Source: Paramecium tetraurelia
Taxonomy: Eukaryota
DNA length: 64,000 nt
NCBI GenBank assembly: GCA_000165425.1
Contig: CT868075.1
Span: 1-64,000 of the forward strand
Direction: 5' to 3'
The first letter of the stretch is position 1, and the number at the start of each line of letters is the position of its first letter. Below the pieces are notes generated by a model. The model had not been told where the DNA came from. It made no database searches and saw nothing but the letters and a program-made list of their open reading frames with translations. The position numbers and the translations under genes are program-made. This document shows, in pieces, positions 1 through 12,094 of this stretch.

Positions 1-2949
1 TTATACTGAAAACAAGAAATTAAAAGAACTTATATAAGATTTAGAATCATAAATTACAGAATTAAAAGTTTAATAGACATAAATTAAAGAGGAAATATAG
101 AATAAATAAAATGAAAATACCAAATTAATCAAAAACAATAAAGAGAATGAGTAGAAAGTAAACTAATAGGAAACTGAAAACAAGAAACTAAAAGAACATA
201 TTTAAGATTTAGAATCATAAAATACAGAATTAAAAGTTTAATAGACATAAGTTTAAGAATAAATAGAGAATAAATAAAATGAAAATACCAAATTAATGAA
301 AAACAATAAAGAGAATGAGTAGAAAGTAAACTAATAGGAAACTGAAATCAAGAAATTAAAAGAACTTATATAAGATTTAGAATCATAAATTACATAATTA
401 AAAGTTTAATAGACATAAATTAAGGAGGAAATAGAGAATAAATAAAATGATTATACCAAATTGCTCAAAATTAATAAAGAAAATGAGTAGAAAGTAAACT
501 AATAGGAAACTGAAAACAAGAAACTAAAAGAACATATTTAAGATTTAGAATCATAAATTACAGAATTAAAAGTTTAATAGACATAATTTTAAGAATAAAT
601 AGAGAATAAATAAAATTAAAATATCAAATTACTCAAAATTAATAAAGAAAATGAGTAGAAAGTAAACTAATAGGAAACTGAAAACAAGAAATTAAAAGAA
701 CATATTTAAGATTTAGAATCATAAATTACATAATTAAAAGTTTAATAGACATAAATTAAGGAGGAAATAGAGAATAAATAAAATGATTATACCAAATTGC
801 TCAAAATTAATAAAGAAAATGAGTAGAAAGTAAACTAATAGGAAACTGAAAACAAGAAACTAAAAGAACATATTTAAGATTTAGAATCATAAATTACAGA
901 ATTAAAAGTTTAATAGACATAAGTTTAAGAATAAATAGAGAATAAATAAAATGAAAATATCAAATTACTCAAAATTAATAAAGAAAATGAGTAGAAAGTA
1001 AACTAATAGGAAACTGAAAACAAGAAATTAAAAGAACATATTTAAGATTTAGAATCATAAATTACAGAATTAAAAGTTTAATAGACATAAGTTTAAGAAT
1101 AAATAGAGAATAAATAAAATGAAAATATCAAATTACTCAAAATTAATAAAGAAAATGAGTAGAAAGTAAACTAATAGGAAACTGAAATCAAGAAATTAAA
1201 AGAACTTATATAAGATTTAGAATCATAAATTACAGAATTAAAAGTTTAATAGACATAAATTAAGGAGGAAATATAGAATAAATAAAATGAAAATACCAAA
1301 TTAATGAAAAACAATAAAGAGAATGAGTAGAAAGTAAACTAATAGGAAACTGAAATCAAGAAATTAAAAGAACTTATATAAGCATTTAGAATCATAAATT
1401 ACATAATTAAAAGTTTAATAGACATAAATTAAGGAGGAAATAGAGAATAAATAAAATGAAAATACCAAATTAATCAAAAACAATAAAGAGAATGAGTAGA
1501 AAGTAAACTAATAGGAAACTGAAAACAAGAAACTAAAAGAACATATTTAAGATTTAGAATCATAAATTACAGAATTAAAAGTTTAATAGACATAAATTAA
1601 GGAGGAAATAGAGAATAAATAAAATGAAAATACCAAATTAATGAAAAACAATAAAGAGAATGGAGTAGAAAGTAAACTAATAGGAAACTGAAAACAAAGA
1701 AATTAAAAGAACTTATTTAAGATTTAGAATCATAAATTACAGAATTAAAAGTTTAATAGACATAAGTTTAAGAATAAATATAGAATAAATAAAATGAAAA
1801 TACCAAATTAATCAAAAACAATAAAGACCGTGAGTAGAAAGTAAACTAATAGGAAACTGAAAACAAGAAAGTAAGGAGAGGCTTTCAGTAATCCTCGAGC
1901 AATCATAAAATACAGAATTAAAAGTTTAATAGACATAAGTTTAAGAGTAAATAGAGAATAAATAAAATGAAAATATCAAATTACTCAAAATTAATAAAGA
2001 AAATGAGTAGAAAGTAAACTAATAGGAAACTGAAAACAAGAAATTAAAAGAACATATTTTAGATTTAGAATCATAAATTACAGAATTAAAAGTTTAATAG
2101 ACATAAGTTTAAGAATAAATAGAGAATAAATAAAATGAAAATATCAAATTACTCAAAATTAATAAAGAAAATGAGTAGAAAGTAAACTAATAGGAAACTG
2201 AAAACAAGAAATTAAAAGAACATATTTAAGATTTAGAATCTTAAATCATTAAAATGAAAGTATAAAACACCCAAAATGAAGAGGAATTAAAGAAAAAATA
2301 TAATGAATATACAAACTTAATCAAAAATATTAACGAAAATGAATAGAAAATACACTAAATGTAAAATTAAATATTTAAATCAAATTAATTAAACGAAGAT
2401 TTACAATCTCAATTACTTTAACTTAATATACTTAATACTAAACTTATGAACGACTTAGAACATATTAAATCCTTAAAGCTCTATTCTCTTACTAGCAATA
2501 GTTTATAAAATACTTAATAATCCCTAGAAATTTCTCAATTGCCTTAAATTTCTTAAGATTATTAACCGCCTCAACTTGATTAATTAAATAACGATTTGAT
2601 GTCTCTTAATAATATCAACTAATAAGTACCTTAAGACACAACTTAATTACCGTTTTCAAATATTTTACCTTCTAGTTTACCTTTCCAAATTTCTTAGATT
2701 ACAAACCCTTCCTAAAATATTTAATGTTAAATTTAATAAACCCAATAAAATGAGTCTCCATCAATTAAATAATTAAATGAAATTGATAAATTTTAAGAAC
2801 CATAAATATATGATATACAATTGTAATTATAATAAAAAGAAGAAATTATCTTGAATTTGGAATCTGTAGTTAAATTTTAAGAACAATAATTAATGTAACT
2901 TAACAGCCTTTTAGTTAATGCAGAGGAGGCTCTATCTAAAATTTTTTGA
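1..2949 (+). CDS. Coiled-coil protein built from 56-aa tandem repeats (5'-truncated by the window; apparent indels at 1383-1900)
   Basis: Frame 2 reads TENKKLKELIQDLESQITELKVQQTQIKEEIQNKQNENTKLIKNNKENEQKVNQQE repeatedly (8 heptads). A unique tail ends ...AEEALSKIF with TGA at 2947-2949. Confidence 0.8.
5..2240 (+). repeat. Coding tandem repeat, 168-bp unit, about 13 near-identical copies
   Basis: The anchor actgaaa(a/t)caagaaa recurs at 5, 173, 341 and onward with a 168-nt period. A more diverged copy follows at about 2240-2410. Confidence 0.95.
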
Positions 2950-2986
2950 TTTATAATATCAAACTTATTTATTAAAAATTAATTCA

Positions 2987-5900
2987 TCAACCACCTGGCG
3001 TCTAAGGCATTAAAATTCCTGGTTTTACAAAAAGAATGAAGGAGACCAATGCTGAAATAAACATAGGAAGTAGAATCATGCAGGCTTATTTGCATATCAT
3101 TCCCCATGGTATTCCTATTCCCTTAAAAAAAGCCCCTAGTCCTCTACCTTCAGTAGGTTTTTTTAAAAAAGGATCTATATTTGGCTCTTCCTAACCTTCT
3201 CCAACTGGTTTAGCCTCTGCCATACTTTTCTATAAAATTGTCATTTGTAACATGACCGTTCCTTTTTCAGCATCTGGCTCTTTGGCAGAACTTAGCTTAA
3301 TTTAAGTAGGTGCCATTTCATAAATTGCCTAAGTTTTCATAACTGTTAATACTCTGATAATATAAATTATAATACCTCTTAAGACTGATGGTGGCTTCTC
3401 CGATTATAGGGCTTGCACCAAAAACAGAAAAATCATGAACGCTAATTTTCATTCTTGGAAATTAACAAGGCGTTTTGAAATTGAATTTCATTCTCCAATT
3501 AAATTCCCCATTTCCATCAGTACTGCCCATATGTGTATCAGTTTCCTTTCCGATTTCCGATCCAGTTCCGGTGGCTGAGGAATCCATTACACATCTAACA
3601 AAGATATCAACAGCTTTTTTAACTGGGTTTAAGGGTATATTGAAAGTTTCCCAAACAATTACTCTAACTTCGTATTCTTAAGGAAGCCTTTCCACTAACA
3701 ACGCTGGAGGAATTAGACGAGAAACTTCTAAAGGTAGAACTTCAACAAACATTTCTAATTAACCCTAAGAGACTAGTTTATCTGGATGTCTCAATTATTA
3801 GTATTCTACAGGAATTTCTAGAGTCGTTATCGATTCTATCTTTTAGGTAAGATTTGCTATTTCAGCCTAGTAACTTAATTTAATATCATCAGCATTATCA
3901 GTGTATTTTAATCTTTCTAAATCATTTAAAAAATAATCTTTATATGCTTCACAAGAAAGCCTTGATTTTAGCTTCTTTTCCCCCATCAGTCTATCCTCAA
4001 TATCAATTTTAACTGCACCGATAAGCTTATTTGTTAAGCCTCCTTTATTAAATACCCTAATGTGAAGAAAGCAATCTTGAGGAAGAATTGCATCCAATTC
4101 AAATGACCTTAGAAATGTTGGATTAAGAGTATTGGAAATAAATTTGTCAGGGTCTGATACTTTTTTTACGAATTCTCCAGGATCGGCACCAGGTTCTCCA
4201 ACTTCAATTTCAAGATAAGGGTTTGCAGAATTTCTTGATTATTCTCCTGCCATATAATGATAAGCGTCTATATTTTCTGATTAGGCTGCTAAACTCAAAC
4301 CTCTATATATATAAACTCTGACTTTGCATCTAAATTGTTGTTATTTTAAATAATCATGAAAAACTGGATCGAAAAAATCAAATGGGTAATCTGCTGATCT
4401 TAATCTTTTGACATACTCAGCTTTTTCAACTAATTCAGATTTTTTGGTTTTCTTATCCTCATTTTGTTGAGACTGTTTGACAGTTTATTTAAAAGTGCTA
4501 ACATTAATTAATTTGACATCTGCTTTTAAGATGGCACTTGTTTCTTATCCTAATCCAGACCCATTTTTGTTTAACTCGTATATTTTATATCTTTAGAATG
4601 GAAGGCCCTTTTAAATCTCTGTATCATATTGTCCTTTGATGATTGAACGTCCATAATCAATGCCATCATCTGATAGCTCAATTGTTCTTTCTGTAAAAAA
4701 GGCTTATAAATCTTATACTTTAAAAATCTGTTCTAAAATAGCCTTCTTCAAAAATTATTTATTTAATTCTGTGTTTAAAGATTTTGGTAAAGACTTTAAT
4801 AACTTTGTAAGTTTTGACTATTTCTCTTTTTTGATCAATTATTCTCTTATTACATCTTCATCATCAAGAATTAATACAATTTCATCTTGTACATAAGCAT
4901 TTTCTATCCCTCTGGTTCTCATTCGTTTCTTTATAACATCACTTGATTTTTCTAAAGCTTAAGCTAAAACTTCAGTTTATTATTTTGTAGATTACTTTGA
5001 CTTTGTTGATTATTTCTCCTTAGTGCTTGGCTTTATTGATTTTTTAGTGAATATTGTTTTTGGTTCTTCTTATTCCTCTTGTTCTTGTTCTTCTGTTTAT
5101 TCTTCTTATATTTAAGGAGTTATATCTGGAGGTGGAACATTAGAGCTCAGCATACCACTTTCAAGAGTAGCATAATAATAAGCATTAAGTTTATGTTAGA
5201 CTTTTTGATCCAATCCTGGATATAGATTATATAAGGGAACAGAAAAGTAATATTTTTAAGCTAATCCTTCCTTGCTGTAGATTTCTACATTTAATTATGG
5301 CATCAAAAGAGGATTCTCAGGTAACTGTATATCCAAAATAAGAAGTGACAAGAAGTTTGGATCTGTATATCCAGGGCTAAATCTGGTTTCCTCTTCATCT
5401 CCTTGTAAATACGAATCCACTTTTACAACTGAATCTTAATTTGGATTAGATATTCTAGCAATTAGTTGAGCTTTTCTAAGTTTTCTGGGTAATTATCTGA
5501 TAGCATAGACTGGAAAAAGTAATTTATATTCTTTAAATTGAGTGAAGATTTCGGATACATTAATTTTAGGATCAATTTTATCATTTTTTTTCTTTCTTTA
5601 TAAAGTCACTCCAAGAATAATTCTTCCTTTTGACTTTCCATTATGAAGTATATGAAATATCTAATATATTGGTTCTATTTATTCCTCTTCAGAGACTCTG
5701 CAATTGATTGCTGACACATTTGCTTATCCAATAGGTCTATTGTTAAGGAAATATTTACTCTTTATTATTGAAAAAGGATATCACCAAATTTGATACAAAT
5801 TCTAAATTTTATTCCATACTAACTGGAATTCTAATACATTGATTCCAAATTGGATTCTTGCTATTTTTATTTTATTCAGATTTATAAACTTAATTTGCAA

Positions 5901-7552
5901 TTCTAACTTCATAACTCAATGAAATTTCATCATTTACTTTGTCAGGACAGAAGTCAAAGCCACAATAAAGGTAAATCTTACAAATATATGGTAGAACCAT
6001 ATTCTTTTTCACAATAATTTTTGGAATCTAGGAAATAATATTTATTTATCCGAAGAGTATGTTCATCAAAACATAACTATGAACTCCCTCTTATTCTCCT
6101 TTTAATTTTAAATCCTTAAATTCATACCATTATGGTTTGTCATTAGTCAATTCTGGGCTTGTGGCAGGTAGTCTAATATAAGCAACTCTTTTCTTTTCTT
6201 TATTCATTAACTCAAAAAACAAGTCGGTTTATTCGCTCGGATTTTTTGGAACTTCCACTTCCCATGCTTTTAGAATCACTTTGTTTCTCCAAACAAATTG
6301 CCCAGGAGACTTACAGTCAGCCTCTGAAGAATCAAAATACTCTTTTCCAACTCTCACTCTAATAAAGATAAATTCATCTAGGTCTTTTGCTTGATTCACT
6401 TCATAAGTATCCAATCTTAACATGTATTTTTCAATTGAAGGTTCTCGGTAAATACCTAATGGCTATACAAGCTTTTCAGGCTTTTCAGATGGTGTTAGAT
6501 TTAAAGATAATAGAACTCTACCCATATAGCAAGTTCCTCTTGGATTTTTCTTGTATCCAAGAACATTTGATTCATAGGTTGATGGTCGTTCATTCGTTGG
6601 AATCCCATACAGCGAAAACCATCTAAATGGCAAAACTCCTCCTTTACTTTACAAATACGTCATATTAAAAAAGTCATTTTCGGAAGGAAACTCTGGTATC
6701 TAACCTATAAAAGTATCTGCCATACAAACTCTTTTATCCCAAACTCTTATAATAATTTTATCATTTTATAAAGGGAAATTAATCGGAAACATCATTCTGA
6801 CTCTATATTACGGTTTTTATTAGTTTTTCAAAACGCTTGTAATTTAGGTTATACCATTAGCTCTAACTGAGATAAAACTATCAATAGTTGTCCCATTAAG
6901 AATTGGTAGATCTTCAGCTTTCACAATGTTAACCATTAATTAAGCAAGTTTTGTGTATGGCATTGGTTTGCACACCATAGCAATTTTCTTTTAATTTTCC
7001 CTCCTTTATTATAGTTGTTCGCCTGTTAACTGATCATCTGGAACACCCCCAAAAGGATCTGGTTCATCTTCTACATTATTTTCATTAGCATCATGAACAG
7101 GAGGAGCATCATTTTATCCAATGATATAAGCAGAGATCAAAATATATCCTTAAACTTTATTTACTTCTTTTGGATGTGTAAGTCTGAGCCATGAGTTGTA
7201 AATTTCATGAGATGGATTTCTATAAAGAGTTGCCAATCCAATTGAATGAATTCCAATTAATTCATTTTGAAAAAATTAGTTCTAATCAAAGACTTCTATT
7301 TTGGCTTCAAAATTTTCAAAATCAACATCTGACATCTTTAAACCTTCAAAAGTAAAATTCTATAAATATCAGCATAACCATTACCTAATTAAACACTGCA
7401 GTAGTGGCTTTCATTTTGGCAGTACTCACCTAGGTTGGAAGGTTGCCAACAGTAATTTTAACGAATGGATCAGATGAGCCGGAAGAATCTTTAGCCACTA
7501 AATCTCTTGCTTCAATCACAGCAATCTGAACCAAATACTCATTTTTTTTCAT
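2987..7552 (-). CDS. Ferlin-family multi-C2-domain tail-anchored membrane protein
   Basis: N-terminus is a C2 domain (MKKNEYLVQIAVIEARDLVAKDSSGSSDPFVKITVG). Further C2 domains include KVRVYIYRGL..., FELDAILPQD... and YEVRVIVWET...DIFVRC...ETDTHMGSTDGNGEFNWRMKF. The ferlin C-terminal GEGQEEPNIDPFLKKPTEGR is followed by one TM helix. Introns 3354-3375 and 7360-7384; tandem TGA TGA. Confidence 0.9.
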
Positions 7553-7923
7553 TTTATAATTTTTTCAATACTAATATAATCAAAAATCAATTAGAAGAAT
7601 ATATACATGAATTAAGCTTGAAATTAATATGTTTAAAAATCCTTTAAGATTGCAACAAATATTTTGAGTCATATTGATAAAAATTGCACTCAACTTTAAA
7701 ATAAATAATATAATAATAAACGCATTTCAAAAATTTATGTTTTTATGCATTTTAATATAAGAAATAAATCCACTTTAGTAATAACACCTAAAGTTGAGTT
7801 TCAATCTTTATTTGTTTATAAAAAAGATGATTTAGATTGGTTTTAATTTATTAATTCATTTTGTAAAAGGGATTTAATTTTACAGAGTGATTGTATTATA
7901 TTAAATAATTATTAAGTGTTTAG

Positions 7924-8757
7924 ATGGATCTAAATAGAGACATTAAGTATTCAACTTTGAAGGTTTCTGACTAAGTTCAATTCGGAGGAATTATGACAAA
8001 GGAAGAATGTAGAGCATTAGCCAGAAAAATCATGTCAATATATGATGGGGATGGAAACGGCACATTAGATTCTTTTGAAGTTGGTTACATTCAATCCGAT
8101 TGTTATAGGGCAATGAATAAAGGATTCAATCCAACTCCAACAGATATTGCTGCTTTTTCCAGAATCATCGATAGTATCGAATATACCCAATTATTTTAGG
8201 ACGCTAATGTGGCATGGTGACGGATAAAGATATTGAAGCTTTATGTATAAAATACTTTGGAGGTAATTTCGATAGAAGTGAAAGAAGCGAAAGGGTGGTA
8301 CCTGAGCAAACAATAAGTTAACAAAAAACCTATGAGACAAGCTCGTTTAATAGATAAGTATCTAGCAACCAGAATAGCAAAGTCATAACAGTTCAATAAT
8401 AAACTACGGTCACAAATTAAGTATCATCCATTCCTAGTTCCCCTCCTATCAAAAATACTTACAGTACAGTTGTATAGGAAAGGTTGGAAGTGGCAAGAAG
8501 AATCTTTAGAATGTTGGATACAGAAAAAAATGGATTCATTACAGAAAAGCATGTAAGTTTGAAAGCAAATAATTTAGGTTCCTTCATTGCTTCAGGAAAC
8601 ATATAAATTAATGGGAATGTCAATTGAACCAACACAAGAAGATGTAGAATTATGGATGGAAATGGCTGATGAAGATAGAGATGGAAAGGTGTTTCTAAAG
8701 GACTATGAAGCATTAGTAATAAGAAGTCTAAAGTAATAAGGAATTGTTTTAGAATGA
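7924..8757 (+). CDS. EF-hand Ca2+-binding protein, TCBP-25/PCBP-25-like
   Basis: Two EF-hand lobes: ARKIMSIYDGDGNGTLD...DIEALCIKY and ARRIFRMLDTEKNGFI...PTQEDVELWMEMADEDRDGKVFLKDYEALVIRSLKQQGI, resembling ciliate TCBP-23/25. Introns 8174-8199 and about 8554-8578. Start codon slightly uncertain. Confidence 0.8.
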
Positions 8758-8908
8758 TTCATATAAATCAAAATTTAATAGTTAACTTTATTAAAGATCA
8801 AAGAGAAATTGTTTTAGCTCCTCTTAAACCATCTAAGGCTTGATTTCTAATTTATTGTTTATTGAATTGATTAATTGTAATGATAAATAGTTCTTATATA
8901 TATTAGAA

Positions 8909-9364
8909 TCATTTAGGAGTCATAAATCTAATGAATTCATCATAACTAAATTTGCCATCTTTATCCAAATCGGCTTTGAGGAATAGATCATCTAAATCGT
9001 TATCTGGTAGTTTCTATTAGCCTAATTTAACTAAGCCTAATTGTATGTCTGTTTTAGAAAGAAATCCATCTTTATCTAAATCAAGTAAATTAAATGCTTA
9101 ATTCAATTCTTCATTTGTTTCTTCTTCTCTCATCCTCTTACCCATCAATCCAATAAATTCATCAAAATCCACTTCTCCATTTCCATCAACATCTACTTCT
9201 TCTATCATTTCTTTCAATTACTAAGGAGTAGGATTTTCTCCGCATTCTTTCATTAGATTACCTATTTCATTTGTTGAAATAGTTCCTCCTCCATCCTTAT
9301 CGAACATAGCAAAGAGCTCTTTAAATTACTTGATTTACTCTTGATTAAAATTATAAGTATTCAT
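8909..9364 (-). CDS. Calmodulin-like protein (151 aa, four EF-hands, divergent from true CaM)
   Basis: Intronless [73 protein letters not shown]...DLDKDGFLS...[20 protein letters not shown]. Confidence 0.92.
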
Positions 9365-10202
9365 TAATATTTTTATAATTTTGCTGGACACACAAACAAA
9401 GGCTGATGTCGATACTATTAGCTTGTAACTGATTTTGCTTAAAAAGGCAAAATTATTTGATTTATGCATTGGAGATCCTCCTGCTTTCTCTTTTTGCATT
9501 CTTATCGATCCACTGATTGAGTTAAATCAGGCATTTCTCGAAAAGAAGATTAATACATTGTTTTCATTGGAATTGATAAATTTCTAATGATTTTATAAAT
9601 TATGCATACACTTTTAATACTTAATCCATCTAATTTTACTTAAAAATAGCAGGCTGTGGTTCTATCTTCAATCTCTAATAAACCTTCTAATTCTGAGTTT
9701 CCAATTATCTTATTTTTAAAGGACCCGTATGTCTCTCATAAGGTCTTTTGAATAACACATTCTTTTATTTAGGCTTATCTGCAAAGAACTCTTAATATCT
9801 GGTGCTCCCTTCAAATGATGAATGATAAGCCACTCTAGAATTAGATGATCGAACTGGAGTTCCAGTTAAACTGAATCCTCTATATTACCTTTAATTGCTT
9901 GTAACAAACTAGTTTGGCAAACCTTACATTTACCGATAAGAATTCTCAAAAGTCTCGTAAAAGCTTCGACTTACAGTGATTGGAGTATCTCTTACGCTTA
10001 CCTTTGGAGTTAACGATCTTTTTCGATAAGATGTAGACAATTGAAATCTTGGATTTTTGCATTAACAATTTCCACATTAACAAAGTGCACACACACACAT
10101 ATTTAGATTATGTTTAAAGTAATCAAAATTATGTTTCACTGTTTTTTCATCAATCTGGTATCCAACTTTTTAGGCTTCTAGCATAACATCTTCAATGCTC
10201 AT
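9361..10202 (-). CDS. SAXO/STOP-like microtubule-stabilising (axonemal) protein
   Basis: N-terminal CVCALCQCGNCQC matches the SAXO Cys motif. Mn-like modules FEGSTRYQEFF and KTMYQSSF, C-terminal CPA. One 26-nt intron (9584-9609). An alternative in-frame ATG lies at 10247. Confidence 0.7.
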
Positions 10203-11309
10203 CTGTATTATAATATATTTTATAATAACGTAATAATTATTAAACATTTTTACTCTGATGTCATTAGCTATAATGGGTAATTAGAGATATAAAGCTAATT
10301 TTATATACATTTAAGTACTTATTCATATCTTATGATATTTATATTGGATATCTAACCGAATAAATCTTTAGAGTTTCAAAAAAGAATAAAAAGATCCTTC
10401 AAATTACCCTAATATAGTTGGTTGTGTTGGAAATCCTTTGAATTTGTTGGTTTCATTTAGGATGTGAGTATTATGGTAGTTTAATTTAAGGAAAGATTTG
10501 ATAATTTGTATTTTATAGAGTGAATAGAAAAAAGAAATTAAGAGATTTTATATTAGAAAAGATTCAAAACCTTTTTAGTGACATTCTTTTACGATTTCCT
10601 TTTTGTACTATAGATAATAATGTTTTGATACTCAATTCTACAATTTTGATTGAATAAGTTTCAACAAAGTAATTTAATTAAATATTGTTGTTATTACTTA
10701 ATATAATTATATACAAATAATTATCACACTAAATCTTTAACATGTTTTAGAATGATAATTGTAATTTATATTTGGTGTTAATTGTTTTATTATATTAAGA
10801 ATTTAAAAGAACTTTTGATAATAGAAATATTAGTTTCTGTTAAATAATAAACTGAGAAAATAAATAATATCTATTACATTATTTTGATTTATTTGATATG
10901 AAAATTAAATGAACTAAAAAAAATAAAAATATTAATAGAGCATAATATCTTAACTTTTATCAGAAACACTGGATACATACAAATCAACTTAGAAAAATGA
11001 AATGAAAATTTAAGATGCTAATTTTGTTGTTATTGGGTGAATAATATTATTTTAATGAAGATATTTATCATTGATAAAATTACATTTTTTAGCTAGATTA
11101 GGATCCTAATTACATTGCAAAAGTACTCTTTACAAATGAATTGATAACTTTAATTAATAAATAATTAAAATAATGCATTTTGAAAAGTAAATAAATTTTT
11201 AAATAAATAATCTAAATAAAAGGTTTAGATATTTAAAGAATATGATATCAAAATAACCAAAACCAGAGAAAAAGAGAAGGTAGATAATAATTTTAATATC
11301 AATAATAAT

Positions 11310-11960
11310 TATTGATTCTTTAATTATTTCTGTTTAGTAAAGGTTATGGTAACTCGATAAATTTAAACCTCTAAGAATCGTCTATTTTTGGACATTTAAT
11401 CATCAAATTATTTATGGTAAATATGTTAGATTATTGGACTTTTTTTGTTATCCTTACATAAAATTCTGTATTCCATTTATACTCAATCTAATGCTTTCAC
11501 TTGAAGGGATTTGCTTAAATTTACTATTGTCTTTTGGATAGATTGTTTTTCGAAATTAATTGATTTAAATTTACCTGTCTTTCAATTAGGTGGAGCTTGC
11601 CAATTATCATCTTGCTCCATCACTATACTCTTATTTTAACTCATCTTAATCATTCTCCAAATATGATTCAACTTGTTAGAGGTTTTTGATGACTGATCTT
11701 CTTGTTCCACTTTTCTATTATTGATGTTTATATACCGCAACTATAATTTATTTATAAAGAATTTCATAGCATTTATCTTATATTAGCGTTTAAGTATTTA
11801 AATATGAATCTTTAAGGTGTAACATTTAAACTAACCTGAACACTTATTCATATTCCACATTATTGTCATTTAAATAATCATAATGTTCATGGTAAAGTTG
11901 CCCGCGATTTAACCTGGAGTTGGCAAATAAACCAATGAATTGAGCTCAATTCGACATCTA
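11310..11960 (-). pseudogene. Probable decayed gene
   Basis: Protein-like frame ...EQEDQSSKTSNKLNHIWRMIK...WQAPPN*KTGKF...ALD*VQMEYRILC...FKFIELPQPLL, with two in-frame TGAs (11582-11584, 11483-11485) and no clean start. Confidence 0.35.
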
Positions 11961-12094
11961 AATTATTCAGATTGAGAGACCTTCGAAGTTTTTATCTTTT
12001 AAATTGTAGCGATAGATAACAAAAACTTGGTGGATTGTGTTTGATAGCTAATTTGAGTACTATTTTTTATATTATATTAATAACATAAAAATTT

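Noticed and set aside
1872..1889. Retained IES (TA-bounded)
   Set aside because: At 17 nt it is below the roughly 26-nt minimum for Paramecium IESs, and the ends do not match the TAYAGYNR consensus well.
5..2240. CRISPR array or non-coding satellite
   Set aside because: There are no unique spacers, the unit is a multiple of 3, and it translates as a heptad coiled coil in code 6.
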